From Chloroflexota bacterium (GTDB lineage: Bacteria > Chloroflexota > UBA6077 > SHYK01): DNA of 45,534 nucleotides. Shown here piece after piece: positions 9,207 through 16,651 of the stretch. Both the position numbers and the translations under genes were made by a program. Below the pieces are notes generated by a model. It did no database searches, was not told where the DNA came from, and saw nothing but the letters and a program-made list of their open reading frames with translations. Each line of letters opens with the position of its first letter. Positions within the stretch are counted from its first letter, which is position 1. Where the stretch lies: assembly GCA_034666705.1 (NCBI GenBank), contig JAXDLH010000023.1, forward strand, positions 1-45,534. Reading direction: 5' to 3'.

Positions 9207-9395
9207 GACGGAGCCGCCCGCGGTGCCGTCTCAGATGCGCCCGCAAACTGTCAGCTTCAGTTGATTGTGAACGACCGGCTCGATCCAACCGTCTTCGCCA
9301 CGCACCACTTTCCGATTGCGGAGACCGGGGCCGCGTACGATGTCTTTGCCGACGCTGCGCATAGCGGCGCGCTCAAGGAGGTGCTTCAGGCCTGA
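9207..9395 (+). pseudogene. 3' remnant of a Zn-dependent alcohol dehydrogenase (MDR) gene
   Basis: Open frame 9207-9392 translates to …QLIVNDRLDPTVFATHHFPIAETGAAYDVFADAAHSGALKEVLQA-stop, the typical C-terminal strand-helix end of MDR dehydrogenases. Only 47 nt separate it from the preceding gene, and there is no start codon and no N-terminal domains. Confidence 0.5.
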
Positions 9396-9462
9396 AGCAA
9401 CCGGTCGGCGCGCCACGCTCAGAGTCATGCAGTTCTTGGAAAGTAGTGAGGGAGGTTAAGTC

Positions 9463-9915
9463 ATGTACGGTCGTATTCTGGTGGCGATCGACGGGAGTGG
9501 CAACGCGGAGCGTGCCCTTGGCGAGGCGCTGCGCTTGACTAAGGATGGCTCGGCCCAACTCCGGCTGGTGCACGTCGTCGGCGTTGCACCCTTCTCGACC
9601 GATGAGCCGAATCTGGAATTTGAGGGAACCCGCGACCTGTTGCTCAAAGCGGGCCGCGAGGTCCTGGACAGCGCCGCTCGCCTCGCGCAGCAGCATGGCG
9701 TGAAGGCCGAAACCCAGTTGATCGAGATCCTGACCTCGCAGTACGGCGGCGCAATCCTCGATGAGGCGAAGAGCTGGAGAGCTGACTTGATCGTCGTGGG
9801 CACGCATGGGCGCGGTGGGCTCAAGCACCTGCTCTTGGGAAGCGTTGCGGAGGAAGTAATTCGTCATGCTTCGGCGCCGGTCCTCCTGGTGCGGCACAAC
9901 GAGTCGCCCGCCTGA
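9463..9915 (+). CDS. universal stress protein (UspA family)
   Basis: [12 protein letters not shown]… and …[35 protein letters not shown] are the canonical Usp ATP-binding motifs. GGGAGG RBS. Confidence 0.9.
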   Translation: MYGRILVAIDGSGNAERALGEALRLTKDGSAQLRLVHVVGVAPFSTDEPNLEFEGTRDLLLKAGREVLDSAARLAQQHGVKAETQLIEILTSQYGGAILDEAKSWRADLIVVGTHGRGGLKHLLLGSVAEEVIRHASAPVLLVRHNESPA

Positions 9916-10146
9916 GGGAGTCGAGACACCGCTCTCATAAGACCACGGGCCGCAGGTTTCGGATAGCCTACCCGCCGGGGTAGCGCAGCGCCCTGCCCCA
10001 GCGGCGCCCGGTGGCGTCTTATTCACTACCCCGCGTTCAGTCCGATAACTGCCCTTTGAGGCGTGGGGTTCAGCATTGCACCCCTGTACCGTGTAGTCAG
10101 CGCGGACGCACCTCGCGGAGCGCGCTTCTACGATGGGGAGGAGATC

Positions 10147-10734
10147 ATGGAGCAGATCCTTGCAGCTCTCGACGGGACGACCTTTGGGCTTGGCATCGGC
10201 CCGTACTCTCGTGTACCTGGGGACCCAGGGTCGATTCCCGACGTGCCGAACGACGCTGCTTCTGCTCACGAGTACGATGAGCTGGGTGCTGCGATGCGCG
10301 CCCACGAGGAGTCCGAGCGCAAGGCCCTCCGCGCCTATCGGCAACTGGCGAGCGCCTCATCGGACCCGCTGGTTCGCGAGTTGATGCGACTCGTGATCGA
10401 GGATGAGGTCCGGCACCATCGAGTTTTCGGTCAATTAGCCGCGATGGTGCGGCACCCGGCTCTGGCAGGCGCGCAGTCGGAGCCGCCGCGGCGCCGGCCC
10501 GCCGAGGATTTGACCCTGGAGATCGCGATGGTGCAATTCGCCATCAGCGCCGAAGAGGACGGTGCCCGCGACCTCCGTCGCCTGGCACAACACTGCTCGC
10601 AGCTTCACGACGGGATTGTCGCCCTCATCCTGGACTTGATCGCCAGGGATAGTCTGAAGCATGCGGCTATTCTCCAGCAGGTGCTCAAACGCCTTGAGGC
10701 CGCACTCTGCTCGTCACCTGTGAGGACAGACTAA
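10147..10734 (+). CDS. ferritin-like / rubrerythrin-like four-helix-bundle protein
   Basis: ORF 10063..10734 trimmed to ATG 10147 (GGGGAGGAG RBS). Two halves, each with an acidic helix plus an E/D-x-x-H helix (EESERKALRAY…EDEVRHH ; SAEEDGARDL…RDSLKH). Confidence 0.6.
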   Translation: MEQILAALDGTTFGLGIGPYSRVPGDPGSIPDVPNDAASAHEYDELGAAMRAHEESERKALRAYRQLASASSDPLVRELMRLVIEDEVRHHRVFGQLAAMVRHPALAGAQSEPPRRRPAEDLTLEIAMVQFAISAEEDGARDLRRLAQHCSQLHDGIVALILDLIARDSLKHAAILQQVLKRLEAALCSSPVRTD

Positions 10735-10751
10735 CCTCACGCCGGGGCGGG

Positions 10752-10813
10752 ACCCGCATTCGCCGAGGCGTGATTTCGCACGCGGAAAATGTGGTTTTCA
10801 TTGTGGCTTTGGT
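10752..10813 (+). terminator. copy A of a conserved ~62-nt hairpin + U-tract element (see 35818-35878)
   Basis: ACCCGCATTCGCCGAGGCGTGATTTCGCACGCGGAAAATGTGGTTTTCATTGTGGCTTTGGT begins 18 nt after the stop of the + strand gene. Outer stem CCGCATT/AATGTGG (one G:U), inner stem GCGTG/CACGC, followed by TTTTCA. Confidence 0.5.
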
Positions 10814-10946
10814 TTAGGGGCAAGATAGCCTGCCCGCCCCACGCGCCCGGGTCACCTCAGTGGCTGAACCCGCATATCTGGGCTCGGCAAGCCCGCGCTG
10901 CGCCGCATAGTCAATGCAGTTCCCACGCCGCATGTCGGTTGAGTCT

Positions 10947-12026
10947 CTACACGGCGGGTACGGCCTTCGCCTCGGCGAAGTGGGGCATGATCTCTTTCGC
11001 GAAGCGCTCCATCGAGCGCAGCGTGTCGAGGTGGCCGTACGCGCCGAAGTTGAAGTAGAGGATCACCTCGCTGATCCCGCCCTCCTCGCACTTCTTCAAG
11101 ATCTCGATGCACCGCTCCGGATCACCCGTCACGATGCTGCGCTCGCCCAGATCGCTCGGCTTCAGCTTCATGAGCGTCTCGGCGATGTCCACGAAGTACG
11201 CGATGTGCGGTGGCACCTTGCTCCGATCCTGCGGGATCGCGGGCAGGAAGCTGTGCAGGTAGGTCAGCAACCGCTCGCGCGTCTGTTCTTCTTCTTCGCG
11301 GCTGTGTGCGACCATCGTGAAGTAGCTGCACATCACCTTTGGATCGGGGTTGCCCGCTTCTCGACCGAGCCGCATGCTCTCCTGGGCCGCTGCCTGCACG
11401 GAGCCAAAGGCCATCGCGGCGGCGAACGGCGCGAAGATGGTGTTCACGCCCAGCCGGGCAGCAAGCTCCATCGACGGTTTCGAGAAGCATGCGACGTACA
11501 CCGGGGGGTGAGGGCGCTGCAGCGGTGGTGGCGTGACCTCGATCGGCATCGGCGTCGAGTAGTACTTGCCTTCGAACGTGAAGGGCGAGCCGCGCCATGC
11601 TGCCATCACGTATTCCATCTGCTCGTCGAAGATCTCGCGGCTCTCTGCGAACGGCACGGCGAACGCCTCGTACTCCCGCTGATCGTAGCCCCGCCCCGCC
11701 GAGAACACCGCCCGCCCATTGCTGAGCTGATCGAGCAGGTTGACCTCCTCGACCACGCGCAGTGGGTGGTTGAGCGGCAGGACGACGGTGGCCGAGCCGA
11801 GCTGGATCTTGGAGGTGCGCGCCGCGACCTGGGCATGCAGGATCCATGGCGAGGGCAGGGCGCCGAACACGCCCAGGTGGTGCTCGGGAACCCACGCGCT
11901 GTTGAAGCCCATCGCTTCAGCCTCGACGCACTCCTCCAGCACGTCGCGAATCAGGACCGCGGGATCGCGCCTGCGATCACCGTAGGCTGGCGAATTGTCG
12001 GTAAGAGTGAAGTAGCCGAACTTCAT
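10947..12026 (-). CDS. LLM-class (luciferase-like) flavin-dependent oxidoreductase
   Basis: MKFGYFTLTDN…, EEAEAMGFNSAWVPEHH and GRAVFSAGRGY are typical of the bacterial luciferase-like monooxygenase fold. 359 aa. Confidence 0.9.
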   Translation of the reverse strand: MKFGYFTLTDNSPAYGDRRRDPAVLIRDVLEECVEAEAMGFNSAWVPEHHLGVFGALPSPWILHAQVAARTSKIQLGSATVVLPLNHPLRVVEEVNLLDQLSNGRAVFSAGRGYDQREYEAFAVPFAESREIFDEQMEYVMAAWRGSPFTFEGKYYSTPMPIEVTPPPLQRPHPPVYVACFSKPSMELAARLGVNTIFAPFAAAMAFGSVQAAAQESMRLGREAGNPDPKVMCSYFTMVAHSREEEEQTRERLLTYLHSFLPAIPQDRSKVPPHIAYFVDIAETLMKLKPSDLGERSIVTGDPERCIEILKKCEEGGISEVILYFNFGAYGHLDTLRSMERFAKEIMPHFAEAKAVPAV

Positions 12027-12083
12027 GCTGCACTGCTCCGTTCCGGCGACTGCCGTCCTTCTGATGGGCTCCGTTGCGCTCGG

Positions 12084-12674
12084 TCAAACCCGCGCAGTCG
12101 TTCGTGCCGCCTGGAGTCGCGCGAGGCGCTCGTTGTCCGAGTCGAGCTTTGCCTTGGCGCGCTTCAGCAGCTCCGGTACTTGCTCCTGCGGCCAGACCAC
12201 CACGCCGTCGTCGTCGGCGATCACGACGTCGCCGTCGCGGACTAGCGTGCCGCCGACATGGGTGCTGCCCCCGACCGTGCCGGGGTTTTGCTTGAGCGAC
12301 GCGATCGGCGTGACGCCTCGGCACCAGACGGCAAGGTCCATCTCGCGAATCTCTGCCGCGTCGCGGATCAGACCGTCCGTAATCAAGCCGATGACGCCGA
12401 GATTGTCCAGCTCGAGGGCGTAGAGGCCGCCGACGGTGGCCGTGCGGGAGGTTTCCATGCCGCCGACGACCAGGACGGAGCCACGCGCCGGGGACATCCC
12501 GATCGCCCGCACGACCGCCTGGTTGTCATCCTGGCACGCCTGCACGACGACCGCCGGGCCCACCACGAGCGCGCCCGGGCGCAGCGACTGGATCGATGGC
12601 CCGAGCACGTTGCGTCCCTCGGCGGCGTCCGAGGCCAGGGTCGAGTTCAGCCAGTCAGGCATGCCATCCATCAT
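12084..12674 (-). CDS. RraA-family protein (4-hydroxy-4-methyl-2-oxoglutarate aldolase / oxaloacetate decarboxylase-like)
   Basis: …GSVLVVGGMETSRTATVGGLYALELDNLGVIGLITDGLIRD… and GDVVIADDDGVVVWP match the RraA/DlpA fold. Start moved to ATG 12672-12674 (GGAGGGCG RBS). Confidence 0.85.
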   Translation of the reverse strand: MMDGMPDWLNSTLASDAAEGRNVLGPSIQSLRPGALVVGPAVVVQACQDDNQAVVRAIGMSPARGSVLVVGGMETSRTATVGGLYALELDNLGVIGLITDGLIRDAAEIREMDLAVWCRGVTPIASLKQNPGTVGGSTHVGGTLVRDGDVVIADDDGVVVWPQEQVPELLKRAKAKLDSDNERLARLQAARTTARV

Positions 12675-12731
12675 CGCCCTCCATCGTCGTGGTGACCAGA
12701 TTGGCCCCAATTGTCGCCGATGCGCTTCATC

Positions 12732-13811
12732 TCATCGCACGGCGACCTGATTGCGGGCGAAGGCCGGGAGCACGTGCCTGCCGAAGAGTTGGATTGACGA
12801 CCTTGCTAGCTCGGGCGGCAAATGGTTGATACGATGGGAGGCGAGGAACACGTCGTAGCCGACGAACCGTTGCTGTTCCTCGAGCTTGCGGATCACCGTA
12901 TCGGGGCTGCCGACGATCGCCAGTCCATTGTCGATCCAGAAGTCGTACGACTCGGCGGTCTTCTGATAGACCCGGGCGAACTCATCCGTAGTTGCCGAGC
13001 GCTCGGCCGCTGGCCGGTTTTGGGCGGTCCCGACGTGGACCGTGCCACGCATGCCGCGCAACAGCGCCGGCTCCACTTCGGCGCGCGCCTGCTCGTCGGT
13101 CTCCGCCACGTGCACCGCCCGCGCCAGAAGCTGCATCGGGCGCGGGCCCGGGTGGCCGCGCATCGCCCACTGCTCTCGCCAGTACGCGAACTTCTGGGCG
13201 ACGACCTCGTCGACGTCGATGTTCTGCCCGACGTGGAAATTGTGGTCCGCGGCGTACTCGAATGAGGCCGGGCTGTGGGCGCCGACCCAGACGGGCGGAT
13301 GCGGCTGCTGCAACGGTCTGGGCTTGGACATGGCGTCGTCAAAGCTCCAGAAGCGCCCCTCGTGCGTGACGCGATCCTCGGTCCATGCCTTCAGCACGAC
13401 GTCCATGACCTCGACGCCCATCTCGCGCCGGTCCTCGAACTGCAAGCGCCACGGTGCGAACTCGGCGACGCGCGTGCCATAGCCAATGCCGAACTCGAGG
13501 CGTCCCCCGGAGAGCTGGTCGACCATCGCTGCATCCTGTGCCAGGCGAATCGGGTGGTGGAGCGGGAGTTGATAGACCATCGCGCCAAGCCGAATCGCGC
13601 TCGTGCCGCGGGCAATGGCTGTCAGGTACACGTTGGAGGAGGTGACGCAGGTGAACGTGGCGTTCTGGTGCTCGATGAAAAAGTAGTACCTGTACCCGAG
13701 TTGTTCGGCCTCCTGGGCGCCGCGGATGTGCTCTTCGTAGACCGCCGCCGCTTGCGGTCCATCCATCTCCGGCTCGTTGAATGCATCCAGCAGTCCGAAT
13801 GCCAGGCTCAT
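12732..13811 (-). CDS. LLM-class flavin-dependent oxidoreductase
   Basis: 359 aa. EEAEQLGYRYYFFIEHH, GAMVYQLPLHHPIRLAQDAAMVDQLSGGRLEFGIGYG. GGGGAGGG RBS. Confidence 0.9.
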   Translation of the reverse strand: MSLAFGLLDAFNEPEMDGPQAAAVYEEHIRGAQEAEQLGYRYYFFIEHQNATFTCVTSSNVYLTAIARGTSAIRLGAMVYQLPLHHPIRLAQDAAMVDQLSGGRLEFGIGYGTRVAEFAPWRLQFEDRREMGVEVMDVVLKAWTEDRVTHEGRFWSFDDAMSKPRPLQQPHPPVWVGAHSPASFEYAADHNFHVGQNIDVDEVVAQKFAYWREQWAMRGHPGPRPMQLLARAVHVAETDEQARAEVEPALLRGMRGTVHVGTAQNRPAAERSATTDEFARVYQKTAESYDFWIDNGLAIVGSPDTVIRKLEEQQRFVGYDVFLASHRINHLPPELARSSIQLFGRHVLPAFARNQVAVR

Positions 13812-13920
13812 CGCGCCCTCCCCACGCCCCGCGCCACCCGCAGGCTCCGCGCCGGCCGATGCTGAGAACTATACTGCCGGACCAGCGACACCTCGACCAA
13901 CGAACGAGGGAGGCAGCGAC

Positions 13921-14976
13921 GTGAAGTTCGCCCACTTTTCCCACATCTGGCGCAAGCCGGGCATGTCCCACGCCGATCGCTACGCGCAGCTCTGGCGTGA
14001 GCTCGAAGTCGCGGACCAGGTGGGGTTCGACTACGGCTTTTGCGTCGAGCACCACGTCAACCCCGTGGAGAGCCTCAGCGTGTCGCCGCCAGCATATATT
14101 GCTGCCGCCGCCGCGCACACCACGCACCTGCGGCTCGGCGCCATGGGCTGGCTCGTCCCGCTCTATGATCCGCTGCGCATCGTCGAGGAGGTGGTCTCAC
14201 TCGATAATCTCACCGGCGGCCGCCTCGACGTCGGGCTCGTCTCGGGCGCGATGCCGGACCAGTTCGTGCCATATCGTGCCGACTTCGAGCGTCGTCGCGA
14301 GCTCGCCATCGAGGCATATGAGCTCTTGAAGACGGCGTGCGCGAGCCCGGACCGCTTTAGCTTCGACGGCGAATTCCACCAGTACCACGACGTGGGGTTG
14401 CAGATGGGGCCAGTCCAGAAGCCGATGCCACCCGTGTGGTTCGAGAGCCGGCACCCGCCGACGCTGCAATACCTGGCGGAGCAAGGGATCGACACCGGCT
14501 ACGTCCACTACATGCCGCGCGCGGAGATGGCCGAGCTGTACCGTCCCTACATCCAGCATTGGCGCGAGGTTGGCCATCCCCGGAAGCCAGACATCAACTA
14601 CTGGATTCTCGTCTACGTCGACGACACGGATGACAGGGCGTGGGAAGTCGCTGGGCCGAGCTGGGTGCAGGCCTATACGGACGTGGCGCCGATCGGCGGC
14701 CTCATTCAGAATCGCATTCGGCGCGGCGAGCTGGGCGGCGTCGAGCTCCTCCAGCATTTCACCGATCCGCCGTTCATGCGGGAGCACGGCATTGGCCTCA
14801 TCGGCTCACCGGACACGGTGGCGAGGATGCTTCGCGAATTCGCCGTCGAGGGCAGCTTCAACACCTTCCTCGGCGAGTTCAACTACGGCTACCTCACCGA
14901 GGAGCAGACGATGCGGTCGATCCGCCTCTTTGGCGAGGAGGTGATCCCCCGCCTCCGCGCCTTCGAGCCGTATTAG
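13921..14976 (+). CDS. LLM-class flavin-dependent oxidoreductase
   Basis: ORF 13777..14976 trimmed to GTG 13921 (GAGGGAGG RBS 7 nt upstream), giving VKFAHFSHIW… Also has ADQVGFDYGFCVEHH and GAMGWLVPLYDPLRIVEEVVSLDNLTGGRLDVG. Confidence 0.85.
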   Translation: MKFAHFSHIWRKPGMSHADRYAQLWRELEVADQVGFDYGFCVEHHVNPVESLSVSPPAYIAAAAAHTTHLRLGAMGWLVPLYDPLRIVEEVVSLDNLTGGRLDVGLVSGAMPDQFVPYRADFERRRELAIEAYELLKTACASPDRFSFDGEFHQYHDVGLQMGPVQKPMPPVWFESRHPPTLQYLAEQGIDTGYVHYMPRAEMAELYRPYIQHWREVGHPRKPDINYWILVYVDDTDDRAWEVAGPSWVQAYTDVAPIGGLIQNRIRRGELGGVELLQHFTDPPFMREHGIGLIGSPDTVARMLREFAVEGSFNTFLGEFNYGYLTEEQTMRSIRLFGEEVIPRLRAFEPY

Positions 14977-15070
14977 CGCGCCGCGGGGCTGGTTCCCCAA
15001 GGATTCTATGCTCCGCTGAGAGCGGAGCCGATTCCCGGCACCCCGTAGGGACAGGCGTCCCCCGCTCATC

Positions 15071-15117
15071 CTACGTCCCGCTCATCCTGAGCTTGTCGAA
15101 GGATCCGCCGCACGTAG
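15071..15117. repeat. hairpin repeat, GAG-N5-CGA loop family (copy H1)
   Basis: Inner stem ATCCT(15084-88)/AGGAT(15100-04), loop GAGCTTGTCGA, outer stem CTACGT(15071-76)/ACGTAG(15112-17). Preceded by a duplicated CCCGCTCATCCT. Lies between convergent genes. Confidence 0.6.
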
Positions 15118-15135
15118 AGCGCGGGTGCTTGCAAA

Positions 15136-16356
15136 TTAATCCAGTCCCGCAATCACCAGGCCGACGGGGCGCTTGCCGAGGCGTTGCGCGCCCTGGGGTG
15201 TGATCACGACGGTGTCGCCCCAACTGCCGCTGTAGCGGCGGCCGTTGGCCTCCAGGCGCAGGGACGGCTTGAAGACGAACGCCCACCCCGGCGTGAACAC
15301 CGCGTCGTAGTCGGTTTGCTCGCGCCCGCCGGTGACCAGGGGACCGTCAGAGCCAAGGCCACGGCCGTGCATGGCGAGCGAGCCGGCCGCCTTCGTGTAG
15401 CTCGATCCGGTTGGCAGCACCTCCGCGCCCAGCGACTTGCACAGCTCATCGATCTCGCCGACGGTTACGCCCGGCTTCAACGCATCGAAGCAGCGCTGCC
15501 AGTACTCGGCGTGCATTGCATGGAGGTCCTTGTACACCGGATCGCAGTCCTGGACGGCGAAAGGCTGCACCCCCTGCGCGTGGTAGCCCGCGTACGCTGC
15601 CTCGATCTCGTTCACGATCAGGTAGCCGCGCTCCAGCGGCGCATGGCCCGGCCGGGTCAGCGTTTGCGGATGCAGCCCGGTGCCCCAGTGATTGTGCACG
15701 GGGATCTCGCTGCCGCCCATGACGAGCTCGCCGATGGCGGCGCCCCACACCGTGTAGTCCATGACGCCGGGCCTGGCTACCTCGGTGACCCGGTCGATCG
15801 CCCGCTCGATGAGCTCGGTGCTCTTCTGCAGCATCGCGATCTCTTCATCGCTCTTGATGGTCCGAATGGATGCGAGCTGCTGCGAGTAGTCCACCCACTC
15901 GACGTTGGGGAACGCCTCAGTCAGCGCGCGCATGAAGCCGTGAAGCACCGTGCCCTCGGGCGCGCGGATGTAGTCGCCGAGCCCGACGATGCCCACCCGG
16001 TTGCGGGGCAGCTTGACCTCGCGCAGCTTCCCGACCACGCCCGCCCCGTAGGCGCGTCGGGCCTCACGCAGGTCGGTGACCCAATCCTGCACGTGCCGCC
16101 ACCGCTCGTGGCTCGTGGCGACCGCCGCGACCTCGCCCTCCAAAGGGAACACGCAGGCCACGTCTGCGTCGCCGCCGCCGCCGACGTGGGAGAGATAGCG
16201 CGCCTCGGCCTGGAAGTGGGTGGAGTGACCGGTGTTGTTCGGTGCGATCACGCAGTCGACATTGTCGCGTTCCATCGCCTCACGCACGAGGCTCCAGCGC
16301 CGGTCGCGCTCGGTGTGGGTGAAGCGCGGCTGATCGTAGATCTGTTCCTCGGGCAT
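15136..16356 (-). CDS. M24-family metallopeptidase (creatinase / Xaa-Pro peptidase-like)
   Basis: N-terminal creatinase-like domain plus a pita-bread C-terminal domain (…VNEIEAAYAGYHAQG…, HGRGLGSDGPLV, WGDTVVIT). Start moved to ATG 16354-16356 (AGGAGG RBS). Confidence 0.85.
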   Translation of the reverse strand: MPEEQIYDQPRFTHTERDRRWSLVREAMERDNVDCVIAPNNTGHSTHFQAEARYLSHVGGGGDADVACVFPLEGEVAAVATSHERWRHVQDWVTDLREARRAYGAGVVGKLREVKLPRNRVGIVGLGDYIRAPEGTVLHGFMRALTEAFPNVEWVDYSQQLASIRTIKSDEEIAMLQKSTELIERAIDRVTEVARPGVMDYTVWGAAIGELVMGGSEIPVHNHWGTGLHPQTLTRPGHAPLERGYLIVNEIEAAYAGYHAQGVQPFAVQDCDPVYKDLHAMHAEYWQRCFDALKPGVTVGEIDELCKSLGAEVLPTGSSYTKAAGSLAMHGRGLGSDGPLVTGGREQTDYDAVFTPGWAFVFKPSLRLEANGRRYSGSWGDTVVITPQGAQRLGKRPVGLVIAGLD

Positions 16357-16590
16357 CGGTCCTCCTGATTCGTGGTGAGGCTGTTTGACGCGAGGCTGCA
16401 TGCGGCCGGCGCCCAGCGATGATAAAGCGTAAGACGGGACGTTTGCGATCCAGGCTCTTCGACCGATTCAGGACAGGCCGCGCGAGGGACCTACGCCTCC
16501 GTGTTGGCGGCTGGTGCTCGTCGGTGAGATACGAATTGCCCGATGGCAGTGTACCGCGGGTTGATCCATCCATACTGGCGCATAAAGCGA

Positions 16591-16622
16591 GGGGGGCGGG
16601 CGCCCACGGCGGCCCGCCCCCC
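16591..16622 (-). terminator. GC-rich hairpin 3' of the secreted-protein gene
   Basis: 11-bp all-G/C stem GGGGGGCGGGC (16591-16601) / GCCCGCCCCCC (16612-16622) with a 10-nt loop. On the minus strand it is followed by TCGCTTTAT. Lies 30 nt after the stop at 16652. Confidence 0.55.
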
Positions 16623-16651
16623 GAAGGGTCACTCCGAGGAGGGGAATGCGT

